A DNA stretch of 64,000 nt from an uncultured Aquimarina sp. (GTDB lineage Bacteria > Bacteroidota > Bacteroidia > Flavobacteriales > Flavobacteriaceae). How positions within the stretch are numbered: the stretch's first letter is position 1; each line of letters begins with the position of its first letter. Where the stretch lies: the NCBI GenBank assembly GCA_947502885.1, contig CANNBP010000013.1:89049-153048 (forward strand). The letters run 5' to 3'. The translations under genes and the position numbers were made by a program. The notes under the pieces were generated by a model. It was not told where the DNA came from. It did no database searches and was given only the letters and a program-made list of their open reading frames with translations. Positions 49,944 to 59,139 of this stretch are shown one piece after another.

Positions 49944-51500
49944 TTAAGCAAAAGGATATAGTACTTCAACAGCAACAAGTTGACATGATGAGTATTCGAT
50001 ATTATCCGTTTCTGGAGGTAAATATCCAGGAGGCGTAGGCTTTATAACGACTATAATCGAATTCTCTGTTTCTTCTAAAAAATGATATTCGCAGCTAATA
50101 AATTGGTGGCCAACAAAATTAAATTTGGATGATTTGTTCTGCCTAAAATATTCTTTAACTTTTTTTGATATACATGAATTAAACGTTATGTATAACTCTA
50201 AAAATTGACTAAAAACCATTGCGTTAATATACCCAAAGTTTCCGCCTTTATTAAAGTTGAAATTTGGTTTACTATTAAAAACATATCCCGTAATATCTGA
50301 AGGAGCGGGGTAACCATTGCTAATAGCATCTTTTATTGGATCTGTTAACATCCAACCTTGATTGGTTGATATATTAAATGGTAAGGGGTTACAGTTTATT
50401 TGTGGATTAACTACTGGATTGTTAATGATAGCTTTTACATGATATGACGAACCTGCAAATGCCTCTTTAAATATACTTGACCTGTAGCCGTCTAAGGCAG
50501 TGCATGATAAAAAATTTATTGGAGAAATTTCAATCTCTCGGGCGGTTAGTGTAGTAATAGTTAAAGTGTCATTTGATAGCTTAGTAACTTCGTGAGTATT
50601 TGTATATGATAGTATGGGATATTGATTAAGTTGATGAATAATACTGTTTGGGTCGATCGGGTCAAATGATAAACCAGGAACGGTTTTAGAGGATTTTGTT
50701 AAGGAAGATCCTTTGTTTTCACTTGTTGGTTGTTGAATATTACTAATAATACCCGATATGGTATGAGTAGCATTAGCAATATTAGAGGTTATGGCTCCGG
50801 CAGCGCCAGAAAGATTATATACTTCTATCAATAATGTGACCATTTCTTCTGGAGCAGAATCTGGAATTTTACTATAGATATTTCGAAAATCATTTAGATG
50901 TATATAAGGATATGAAGGATCATTTTTTAAAGTTTCCTTATAGGCCAGATTAAGCCAGATTGTGTTTAAGGTATCCGTTAATTGTATCAACGCAATGTCT
51001 GTATTTCTATCATTTAAAATCCGTATACCTAATGGTTTTGCTTTTATGACCAATGTATTCCATACAGGTATAAGAGTTCTCACTGTAGAAGCTACATCAT
51101 CATTTATTTTTTGTTGAGCTTTTTTGTCATCAGGAGATAATTGATATCGTATTTTTGTATAAACACTTAAATAACTATTTGTAAACGAATCATTTGTTAG
51201 TCCAACTTGGTCTACGCCATAATGGGTTCCTTCTCCTACAACTCGCTGATTTAGTAAATTGTTATAGAGCGTAGCGTTGATTTCTTTTTTCTCGTTCATA
51301 AAGTAAAACGATGCTTGCCCACTCGAGGTACCGGTAAGTAGTTTTAATCGGTTAGCGTTTGGCAATTGTAAAATAATAGCTGACATATATTCTGCATAGG
51401 CTTGATAATCTTCTGGTTGTATAGTAGCACCACCTTCACCTTTTGCAAGCATATTTTCAAATATGCGGTGGGTATCATTTTCTTGTGCTGTGGTTTTCAT
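49944..51500 (-). CDS. Hypothetical protein, paralog B of a tandem pair
   Basis: 518 aa from ATG 51500; collinear with 51593..53152 (YAEYMS, DQVGLT.DSFTN.YLSV.TKIRYQLSP, QLVAV.V.YPFA); no signal peptide. Confidence 0.85.
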   Translation of the reverse strand: MKTTAQENDTHRIFENMLAKGEGGATIQPEDYQAYAEYMSAIILQLPNANRLKLLTGTSSGQASFYFMNEKKEINATLYNNLLNQRVVGEGTHYGVDQVGLTNDSFTNSYLSVYTKIRYQLSPDDKKAQQKINDDVASTVRTLIPVWNTLVIKAKPLGIRILNDRNTDIALIQLTDTLNTIWLNLAYKETLKNDPSYPYIHLNDFRNIYSKIPDSAPEEMVTLLIEVYNLSGAAGAITSNIANATHTISGIISNIQQPTSENKGSSLTKSSKTVPGLSFDPIDPNSIIHQLNQYPILSYTNTHEVTKLSNDTLTITTLTAREIEISPINFLSCTALDGYRSSIFKEAFAGSSYHVKAIINNPVVNPQINCNPLPFNISTNQGWMLTDPIKDAISNGYPAPSDITGYVFNSKPNFNFNKGGNFGYINAMVFSQFLELYITFNSCISKKVKEYFRQNKSSKFNFVGHQFISCEYHFLEETENSIIVVIKPTPPGYLPPETDNIEYSSCQLVAVEVLYPFA

Positions 51501-51524
51501 ACAAAACAATTTAAATGTGAGATA

Positions 51525-51561
51525 ATAATGCTAAAGCTCAAGTGCAGAGCTTTAGCATTAT
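51525..51561. repeat. 15-bp inverted repeat between the paralogs
   Basis: ATAATGCTAAAGCTC-aagtgca-GAGCTTTAGCATTAT. Confidence 0.85.
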
Positions 51562-51592
51562 CAATTTGAACTTTGCTAATCAATTGCTATTA

Positions 51593-53152
51593 TTAGGCAA
51601 AAGGATATTCTACTCCTACTGCTACCAGTTGAGATAGAGATTGAGTAATATTATCTGTCCCTGGTGTATATCCAGGAGCAGGTGGTTTTATAGTTACCTT
51701 GATCGAAGTTTTTGTTTCTTCACTAAAAGAATAGCTATAACTAGCTGATTGACTAACACCACCTAAACGAATACCTAAGAAATATACACCTGTGTTAGAA
51801 TGTTCTTCAAAGTATTTTCTTACCTGTTTGCTATCACATTTTTCGAAACTAATACTCATTTCAAGAAATTGACTAAATATTAATGAATTGATATAGCCAA
51901 AATCTTCTCCTTGACCAAAGTTAAAGTTAGGTTCACTATTAAAAACATAACCTGTTACACCTGTTGGTGCTGGGTATCCATTTTTAATCGCTTCTTTGGC
52001 AGGAGCCGTAGACATCCACCCTTGTTTAGTAGAAATGTTATACAATTTAGGACTACTACTCATTAATGGATTAATTGTAGCGTTGTTAACAACTACATCA
52101 ACTTTAAAATCTGATCCAGAATAATCTCTTTCAAAAACACTAGTTTTTACACCAGCACTAGTCCCTACAGAGAAGAAAGATAAAATAGGAATTGAGATTC
52201 CGCCACTTGCAGACGCTTGAACATTTAATGTTGTCTCGTTCGACTTTGTAATTCTTCTTGAAAACTTGTAAACTGTTGATGGAGGATTTGTGCTAAGCTG
52301 ATCTACGATAGCATTTGGTCTGGCAGGTTCGAAAACTAGTCCAGGAACTGCTTTATCAGAACCAGTAATAGCTATTCCTCCATTGCCAGAATTACCCGTA
52401 GTTGGGTTTTGAATATTGTCGATTATACCGGCTAAGGTTTGTGTCGCATTTGCGATATCTGCTGTTATCGCACCAGCTGCCCCAGACTTATTAAATACCT
52501 CGATCATATGGTCTCTCATTTTTTTAGAAACAGAAGTAGGTATTTTATTATAAATGTCATTAAAATCATTTAAATGCGTATACGGGTATGATGAATCATT
52601 TTGTATAGTTTCAGAATACGCTGGATTAAGCCAAACCGTATTTAATGTATTGGTCATTTGTATAAGAGCAATGTCTGTATTAGTTTCATTAAGCTTCTTT
52701 ACATCATCTGGTTTGATAGCGTCTACCCATGCATTCCATAATGGTATAAGTGACCTTACTGTTGATGCTACTTCTGAGTTTATTTTTTGTTGAGTAGCCT
52801 TGTCATTAGGAGATAGTTGGTATCGTATTTTTGTAAAAACACTTAGATAACCATTGGTAAAAGAATCTTGAGTAAGCCCGACTTGATCTACATCATTTAT
52901 TTTACCTTCTCCAACAATTCTTTGATTTAATAAATTGTTGTATAACGTTGCGTTAACAGCGCTTGTCGCATCATCCAAAAAATAAAAAGATGCCTGTGCA
53001 CTAGATGTATTGTTTAGTAGTTTTAATTCCCCTGGATTGGGTAGTTGTTTAATAATGTTTGACATGTACTCGGCATAGACTTCATATTCTGCTGGTGAGC
53101 CAAGAGCATCTAGTGTTGCCTTTTCTTGTAAAACTTCCTGTAATGTTTCCAT
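51593..53152 (-). CDS. Hypothetical protein, paralog A; possible beta-pore-forming protein
   Basis: 519 aa, no signal peptide; two S/T/G-rich amphipathic hairpin-like segments (NVQASASGGISIPILSFFSVGTSAGVKTS; TGVYFLGIRLGGVSQSASYSYS). The ORF is solid; the function is inference. Confidence 0.85.
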   Translation of the reverse strand: METLQEVLQEKATLDALGSPAEYEVYAEYMSNIIKQLPNPGELKLLNNTSSAQASFYFLDDATSAVNATLYNNLLNQRIVGEGKINDVDQVGLTQDSFTNGYLSVFTKIRYQLSPNDKATQQKINSEVASTVRSLIPLWNAWVDAIKPDDVKKLNETNTDIALIQMTNTLNTVWLNPAYSETIQNDSSYPYTHLNDFNDIYNKIPTSVSKKMRDHMIEVFNKSGAAGAITADIANATQTLAGIIDNIQNPTTGNSGNGGIAITGSDKAVPGLVFEPARPNAIVDQLSTNPPSTVYKFSRRITKSNETTLNVQASASGGISIPILSFFSVGTSAGVKTSVFERDYSGSDFKVDVVVNNATINPLMSSSPKLYNISTKQGWMSTAPAKEAIKNGYPAPTGVTGYVFNSEPNFNFGQGEDFGYINSLIFSQFLEMSISFEKCDSKQVRKYFEEHSNTGVYFLGIRLGGVSQSASYSYSFSEETKTSIKVTIKPPAPGYTPGTDNITQSLSQLVAVGVEYPFA

Positions 53153-53167
53153 GATTTGTTATTTAAT

Positions 53168-53210
53168 GTTGGTTACCTACTCATAAGGCTTTTCGGTTTG
53201 CGCCTAGTTT
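53168..53210 (-). ncRNA. Flavo-1-like RNA motif in the 5' leader of paralog A
   Basis: Minus strand CTAGGCGCAAACCGAAAAGCCTTATGAGTAGGTAACC resembles, from recall, the Flavobacteria AACCGAAAAGCC...GAGTAGG motif; not verified with Rfam. Confidence 0.4.
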
Positions 53211-53603
53211 ATTAAAGTGGTTTCTTGCTCCACTTGTGTTTGTGTAATATTACAGGTTAAAATTACCATATCATTTAGATGAATGTGAATGGGTAAATAC
53301 TTGTTTTTTAGAGTTTTATTCTTGTTTTGTTGTAAGGGTATTTTGCGAGGTACGTTCGATGGTTTTTACATTAAAAATGAAAAAAACCATCTATAAATAC
53401 TAATGGTTTATACGGGGTGTATAGACGAAGTAATAGGCGAATGATAGGGTTAGATAATTAGATTTTGAAATAAAAACCTAAAAAATAAACTATAGAATAT
53501 AATTAGAATTGAAAGTGGAGTATAAAAGTGGTTAAACTTTTTGGACCCTGATGAAGAATAGTATTTTTTTATGAAGTGTCTTTTGCACTTCATAAAAAAG
53601 CCG

Positions 53604-54500
53604 TTATGATGTGGTAAACTTAGAGAGTTTTTCAGGACCTTCTAATGGGGTTCTAATAATTTGTAAGATTCCATTTTCTGAAGTCGAGATTTCCCATTTA
53701 ATTAAGGTTATATTTCCATTCTCGATTTCCATACCGGTTATTGATCTGGGATGAACACAACTTCCGTCATTAAATAAAGCCAATTCACCAGCTTCCGGAA
53801 ATCTAGGTCGATGCGTATGACCAATGATTGTAAATAAGTTATTCTTTGTGGCTATCCATTTTTTTATTCTACGTTCTACCCGAATAGTTTCTCTATAGTT
53901 TTTTGCAGGACTGGTTGGGTCAGAAATTCCAATTATTTGTAAAGGTTTCCATAAGACACGTACCAAAAATCTGTTCACTTTCCATGCAGTATAATTCATG
54001 AAATCTGCCTGATGACCGTGAAGCATAAAAATCTCTTGTTTTGTTTTTTGGTGCTGTAATATGATAGCCTCTTGATAAGTTATCCCAGGAAAAAGAGGAG
54101 TTTCTTGATTGGTTTTATGGTCAAGATATGTGTTGAGGTGCTTTTTTACATATTTAGGGTTTCTGTAAACCATATCATGATTTCCCCAGATCATTTCTAA
54201 CCTATTTTCTGTATAAAATTGAGCAAGTAACTCATATACATTTTTATGAGCTCTAAAAATCATTTGGAAATTACGATTTTCCCATAACTCATCACCATCT
54301 CCTAATTCGCAATAAGTAAAACCATGTTCATGATAATGTTTGAGCGCATGAAAGTAAATATTTCTGTTATTCGCAAACTCGTCAGCAAAGCTATTATCCC
54401 CTCGATGGCAATCACTAAAAATCACAAATTTAGAATCATCATCAAAAGGAATGATTTTAGCATTTTTATATGCACGATTAAGTCTAAATTGTGAAGACAT
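53604..54500 (-). CDS. Calcineurin-like metallophosphoesterase
   Basis: SDCHRG, GDGDE, GNHD, LHGH, GHTH motifs; ATG 54500 preferred. Confidence 0.9.
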   Translation of the reverse strand: MSSQFRLNRAYKNAKIIPFDDDSKFVIFSDCHRGDNSFADEFANNRNIYFHALKHYHEHGFTYCELGDGDELWENRNFQMIFRAHKNVYELLAQFYTENRLEMIWGNHDMVYRNPKYVKKHLNTYLDHKTNQETPLFPGITYQEAIILQHQKTKQEIFMLHGHQADFMNYTAWKVNRFLVRVLWKPLQIIGISDPTSPAKNYRETIRVERRIKKWIATKNNLFTIIGHTHRPRFPEAGELALFNDGSCVHPRSITGMEIENGNITLIKWEISTSENGILQIIRTPLEGPEKLSKFTTS

Positions 54501-54592
54501 AATTAGGTTTGGGTATATAGTGTAAACGTTAATTTTTATCAAACATAAATATACTATTTGAAATGTTACCTATTAGTATAAAAAAGCCTTTT

Positions 54593-55081
54593 TTACTTTA
54601 ATTGTTTGATAATTTCAATAATTTGCTTCTCTTCAATGGGCTTTTTTATTCGAACATTGATCTTTTTATAATTCCATTTTCCATTTATCTTATCAGCAGA
54701 AATATCTAACCTAGCGTTTCTCTTGTTTCCTCTTATTCTAATAGATAAATCAACAGATTTATTGTTGTTTGAATAATGAACTTCACCTTCTAAAATGGCT
54801 AGATTATCAATAGGTTTTAACTTACCTAATAAGTCAATAACCTTTTGGTTTTTTTCGGCCATATGAAAAGGGTATTCATAAAGCTCAGTGTCTGAATAAG
54901 TTTTAGTGATCTGAATCATTTGATTACCAATTCCAGACGGTAATAGTAAAAATATCGAAATTGAAATAAAACTAAGAAGAACTAAAAACCATTTCCAATT
55001 TTTATTAAACCTGCCTTTAGTTTTGATTGTTTCGTTGCTCATGCCTATAAATAGTAATTTTGAAATATTAACCTTAATCAT
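54593..55081 (-). CDS. Coa1-family (cytochrome oxidase assembly factor 1-like) protein
   Basis: One TM, then LLG...I, SVDLSIRIRGNK..ARLDI.A.K.NGKWNY pattern. Confidence 0.6.
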   Translation of the reverse strand: MIKVNISKLLFIGMSNETIKTKGRFNKNWKWFLVLLSFISISIFLLLPSGIGNQMIQITKTYSDTELYEYPFHMAEKNQKVIDLLGKLKPIDNLAILEGEVHYSNNNKSVDLSIRIRGNKRNARLDISADKINGKWNYKKINVRIKKPIEEKQIIEIIKQLK

Positions 55082-55162
55082 TTATAGTAGAATAACATTG
55101 TAAAAAACTCGATGTTACAAAACAGGCCGCTTTCTATCTAATTTAAAATGAGATTGAGTCAA

Positions 55163-55204
55163 TAAAAAAAGCCTTTTTTTTTAAATTTAAAAAAAAGGCT
55201 TTTT
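55163..55204 (-). terminator. Terminator after greA
   Basis: AAAAAAAGCCTTTTTTTT...AAAAAAAAGGCTTTTT inverted repeat. Confidence 0.7.
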
Positions 55205-55225
55205 GGTATTTGTATGGTCTTTTAC

Positions 55226-55702
55226 CTATTCTCTGGTAATATCAACTACATCAAATTTCATAATGCCATTAGGTACTTGTATTTCAGCAACTTCTCCAAC
55301 ACTTTTTCCTAAAAGTCCTTTTCCTATTGGTGAATCTACAGAAATTTTTCCCGTTTTAAGATCAGCCTCACTTTGTGCTACCAGTTTATAAATCATTTCG
55401 GCACCATTAGTTTGGTTTTTGATTTTTACGGTAGAGTGTATTAATGCTTTTGATGTATCCAATTGGGATTCATCGATTAATCTTGCATTGGCAAGGGTTT
55501 CTTCTAGTTTAGAAATTCTCATCTCTAATAGCCCTTGTGCTTCTTTTGCGGCATCGTATTCGGCATTCTCACTTAAATCCCCTTTATCACGTGCCTCTGC
55601 TATTGCCTGAGAAGCTTTTGGACGTTCTATATCTTTAAGTTGACCTAGTTCATCTCTTAATTTTTTTAGCCCCTCTGCAGTATAATAAGATACTTTGCTC
55701 AT
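55226..55702 (-). CDS. greA: Transcription elongation factor GreA
   Basis: ARDKGDLSENAEYDAAKE, ISVDSPIGKGLLGK; 158 aa from ATG 55702. Confidence 0.97.
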   Translation of the reverse strand: MSKVSYYTAEGLKKLRDELGQLKDIERPKASQAIAEARDKGDLSENAEYDAAKEAQGLLEMRISKLEETLANARLIDESQLDTSKALIHSTVKIKNQTNGAEMIYKLVAQSEADLKTGKISVDSPIGKGLLGKSVGEVAEIQVPNGIMKFDVVDITRE

Positions 55703-55725
55703 AACTTCATCGTTTATATAAATAC

Positions 55726-55764
55726 AAAAAATCCCACAAGAATGGGATTCGTTATTCAAAGATA
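55726..55764 (-). promoter_or_regulatory. greA promoter -7 box with a leader terminator
   Basis: Minus strand TATCTTTG (55764-55757), then AATCCCA-ttcttg-TGGGATT followed by a T-tract, ending ~25 nt before the ATG. Confidence 0.6.
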
Positions 55765-55893
55765 ACAAAAAATTTACTGAAGATTGCAATTTTGCTTAAT
55801 TTGCCGTCGGAATACTAATGTTATGAAGAAACTAGATGATTTTTTGTCTTATTTTTTTCGTAACATGTTTACTAATAATACTAAATATAGATA

Positions 55894-56337
55894 ATGAATA
55901 AGATTGTATGTTTGATAGTAGTGGGGTTTTTAATGATTTCTTGTAAAGGAGATGATGATAATCGTGATCAGAATCCGTTTCTTCCACCTTCTGCAATAGG
56001 TAGTTATCAAATAAACCTTAACCTTCCTCAGTTTAATCCTTTAAAGTTTACTTCGGGTTATGTTGAAGATAAATCAGATAATGGAAGTATAAGAGGTATA
56101 GGTGTTTTTAATGTAAATGATACACAATATATTGCTTTCGAATTGAGTGATCCAAACCTGACCCCAAGTGACTGTTCTAGGTTGTCTGTTAAAGGAGTTA
56201 TGGCGACCTGTAAATGTGACGGTTGTGATAATGAATACAATATTATTACCGGTCAACCTACTAAAGGAGGGGGGCGATATGGATTAAGATTTTATAATAT
56301 ACGTAGAGAAGGAAATGTATTAACCATTACCGATTAA
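55894..56337 (+). CDS. Lipoprotein with a degenerate Rieske-like pattern
   Basis: Lipobox MIS-C-KGDDD; AFELSDPN...C...CKCDGCDNEY...G.P...LRFY. Confidence 0.65.
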   Translation: MNKIVCLIVVGFLMISCKGDDDNRDQNPFLPPSAIGSYQINLNLPQFNPLKFTSGYVEDKSDNGSIRGIGVFNVNDTQYIAFELSDPNLTPSDCSRLSVKGVMATCKCDGCDNEYNIITGQPTKGGGRYGLRFYNIRREGNVLTITD

Positions 56338-56477
56338 GAAAGGGTTAGAATAGATTTTTGTTTGTACACATTGAGTAGTACACGTTTTTTATAGATGCCT
56401 AAGGATTTCTACAAAAATGATAGCTCAATAATTGGTCATATTTTTATCTTTGTCGCTCTTAATTGAATTATAGTACC

Positions 56478-57773
56478 ATGACCAAGAATTTTATAGAAGA
56501 GTTACGTTGGAGAGGGATGTTGCACGATGCAATGCCGGGAACCGAAGAATACTTAATGGAACAAATGAGATCGGCTTATGTGGGGTTTGACCCTACAGCA
56601 GATTCACTACATATCGGTAATTTGGTTCCGATTATGTTATTGGCACATTATCAAAGGTCTGGTCATAAACCTTTTGCTTTGGTTGGAGGTGCTACAGGTA
56701 TGATTGGTGATCCTTCAGGAAAATCCGCAGAGCGTAATCTTTTAGACGAAAAAACATTAAGACATAATCAAGAAGCTATAAAAGCACAATTAAGCAGGTT
56801 TCTTGATTTTGAAAGTGAAGCGCCCAATGCAGCAGTATTAGTTAATAATTATGATTGGATGAAAGAGTTTTCATTCTTAGAATTTATTAGAGATGTTGGT
56901 AAGCATATCACGGTAAACTATATGATGGCAAAAGATTCAGTAAAAAATAGAATTTCTTCAGAATCATCAGAAGGGATGTCATTTACAGAATTTACCTATC
57001 AGTTAGTGCAAGGATATGATTTTTTACATTTGTACAGAGCAAATGAATGTACATTGCAAATGGGTGGAAGTGATCAATGGGGTAACATTACTACTGGAAC
57101 CGAATTGATAAGACGAATTGCAGGAGGAAAAGGATATGCCTTAACATGTCCTTTGATAACTAAATCAGATGGATCTAAATTTGGTAAATCTGAAGGAGGA
57201 AATGTTTGGTTAGATGCTAATAGAACTTCTCCTTATAAATTTTACCAGTATTGGCTAAATACTAGTGATGAGGATGCAGAAAAGTATATTAAAATTTTTA
57301 CTTTCTTAACAGAAGAAGAAATTAATGCACTTGTAGAAACCCATAAAGAAGCTCCACATCAAAGGGTATTACAGAAAAAACTAGCTGATGAGGTTACTGT
57401 GATTGTACATTCTAAAGAAGATTTGGATAATGCTATAAAAGCATCAGCCATACTTTTTGGAAAATCTACATCTACAGACTTAAAAGATTTGGATGAAGCA
57501 ACTTTTTTAGATGTGTTTGAAGGAGTTCCTCAAGCAGAGATCGCCAAAGATTTAATTGGTGAGGGTCTTGATATGATAGGAGCTTTGGCTGAGAAAACAG
57601 GCTTTTTAAAATCTAATGGAGAGGCAAGAAGAGCTTTAAAAGAAAACTCTATATCGGTTAATAAGGAAAAAGTAACCGATAGTTATTCGATATCAAATAA
57701 CGATTTAATCAACAATCAATTTGTTTTGTTACAACGAGGAAAGAAGAATTACTTTGTGATTCGTGCGGTGTAA
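56478..57773 (+). CDS. tyrS: Tyrosine--tRNA ligase
   Basis: [15 protein letters not shown] (HIGH-like), [16 protein letters not shown]-terminal S4 domain; start 56478 or 56463. Confidence 0.98.
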   Translation: MTKNFIEELRWRGMLHDAMPGTEEYLMEQMRSAYVGFDPTADSLHIGNLVPIMLLAHYQRSGHKPFALVGGATGMIGDPSGKSAERNLLDEKTLRHNQEAIKAQLSRFLDFESEAPNAAVLVNNYDWMKEFSFLEFIRDVGKHITVNYMMAKDSVKNRISSESSEGMSFTEFTYQLVQGYDFLHLYRANECTLQMGGSDQWGNITTGTELIRRIAGGKGYALTCPLITKSDGSKFGKSEGGNVWLDANRTSPYKFYQYWLNTSDEDAEKYIKIFTFLTEEEINALVETHKEAPHQRVLQKKLADEVTVIVHSKEDLDNAIKASAILFGKSTSTDLKDLDEATFLDVFEGVPQAEIAKDLIGEGLDMIGALAEKTGFLKSNGEARRALKENSISVNKEKVTDSYSISNNDLINNQFVLLQRGKKNYFVIRAV

Positions 57774-57796
57774 TATTAAAAAACATTATAAAAGTA

Positions 57797-57832
57797 AAAA
57801 AGAGACAAATGCACGTATATTTGTCTCTTTTT
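57797..57832. terminator. Bidirectional terminator between tyrS and the fasciclin gene
   Basis: AAAAAGAGACAAAT-gcacgtat-ATTTGTCTCTTTTT. Confidence 0.8.
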
Positions 57833-57859
57833 CGTTTATTGGGTTTTGGAGGTAAGTTC

Positions 57860-58456
57860 TTAATTGGCCGGCATCATCACTGATTCTATAGTATGTATAA
57901 TTCCATTAGATGCTTCGATATCATTTCTCATTAATCTTCCTGCATTACCTTTTTTATCAATAAGATATATCTTATCACCTTTCATTGAAGCAATCAATCG
58001 AGTGCCTCCTATAGTTTTTAGTTTAACGCTTCCGCCATTTTCTTTAATAGCCTTGATGATATCTTGTCTATTAATTACCCCTGAGATGATATGACAATCC
58101 ATAATTGCTTCAAGTTTTTGTTGGTTTTCTGAATTTTGCAATCCTTTAAGTGTTTTTGGGTGCAGCTTATTAACAGCGCCATTTAGAGGAGTGAAAATTG
58201 TATAAGGCCCTTTTTCATGAAGTAATTCTGGGTATTTGGTGTTCATTATGATTTTATGAAGTTTGGTAAAACTAACATCTATAGAAATTGTTTCATAAAT
58301 AGTAGGAACCTTTGTTTCTGTAGGTAATACGTTGGCTTGAGCAATTAACTTACTATCATCGTTTTTAGAAACTGATTTTTTTTGAGTTTCATTACATGAA
58401 GTAAAAATTAATAATCCTGAAATCGTAAGAAGGCGAAGTGATTTTATTAAATTCAT
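57860..58456 (-). CDS. Fasciclin (FAS1) domain lipoprotein
   Basis: Lipobox FTS-C, GPYTIFTPLN.A, DIEASNGIIHTIESV; own TACATTTG -7 box at 58474-58481. Confidence 0.9.
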   Translation of the reverse strand: MNLIKSLRLLTISGLLIFTSCNETQKKSVSKNDDSKLIAQANVLPTETKVPTIYETISIDVSFTKLHKIIMNTKYPELLHEKGPYTIFTPLNGAVNKLHPKTLKGLQNSENQQKLEAIMDCHIISGVINRQDIIKAIKENGGSVKLKTIGGTRLIASMKGDKIYLIDKKGNAGRLMRNDIEASNGIIHTIESVMMPAN

Positions 58457-58648
58457 GGGTACAACTTTTATTTCAAATGTATATTTTCAAATGATAATTT
58501 CCCCACATAAATGAGTATTCGTTGGATGTAAATTAGAAATCGTTTTAGAAATAATTAACATTTGTTTTCGAATAGAGGTATGAATCAGGTTTAGGATTGT
58601 AAGAACTTTTGTGCTATTTGATATAAGAACTAGTATTAGGATAAATGC

Positions 58649-58688
58649 AAAAAAAAGCCATAGGATACCTAATTAACCTACGACTTTT
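58649..58688 (-). terminator. Terminator closing the micro-ORF unit
   Basis: Minus strand AAAAGTCGTAGG...CCTATGGCTTTT stem (with G-U pairs) followed by a T8 tract. Confidence 0.7.
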
Positions 58689-58743
58689 AACACACTCAAC
58701 ATAAAATTGTTTCTATTATCCCTTAATAAAGGGGGGCAAGTTG

Positions 58744-58890
58744 TTATCGTTCTACATCATAAACGTATCGTTTTCTTCTAATAGGGTTGTGATCTCCATA
58801 GTTATATACATTTATAGTTTCGTCTATTAACATACGCTGCCGTTGCAAAATGCTTTTTATTTTTTTTCTATGTTTTTTTAAGATCTTCAT
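58744..58890 (-). CDS. Putative 48-aa basic small protein (not in ORF track)
   Basis: MKILKKHRKKIKSILQRQRMLIDETINVYNYGDHNPIRRKRYVYDVER*; preceded by the same CATCAATCAA spacer as the duplicated micro-ORF. Confidence 0.45.
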   Translation of the reverse strand: MKILKKHRKKIKSILQRQRMLIDETINVYNYGDHNPIRRKRYVYDVER

Positions 58891-58975
58891 AACGATTCGT
58901 TTTTTGATTGATGATTTCGATTGATTGATGATTTTACGTTTAAATCGAGAAATTAAAATTTAAACGAGATATAAC

Positions 58976-59062
58976 TTATCTGTATCTTCTCTTGGTATTC
59001 CAAATATATCCTTTTGTACTATTAAGTTTTTGGGTTAATTGGTTGCTGTTTAAAGTTCTCAT
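58976..59062 (-). CDS. 28-aa basic micropeptide, copy 1 (not in ORF track)
   Basis: MRTLNSNQLTQKLNSTKGYIWNTKRRYR*; A-rich upstream region AAAAAATAAATT-ATG. Confidence 0.7.
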   Translation of the reverse strand: MRTLNSNQLTQKLNSTKGYIWNTKRRYR

Positions 59063-59139
59063 AATTTATTTTTTTTTGATTGATGTTTTTGATTGATGGG
59101 TATCTTTTATGTTTAAATTAAAATTTAAACGAGATTATC

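Noticed and set aside
49944-53152. Paralog pair as part of a prophage or mobile element
   Set aside because: No integrase, transposase, att-like repeat or phage gene was seen nearby
55703-55789. N-terminal extension of greA; similar extensions of pckA, the saccharopine dehydrogenase and the Pi transporter
   Set aside because: The extensions overlap promoter or leader elements; downstream ATGs give family-typical lengths
58673-58702. 9-codon ORF MLSVLKVVG* on the minus strand
   Set aside because: Very short and embedded in the terminator stem; no independent support
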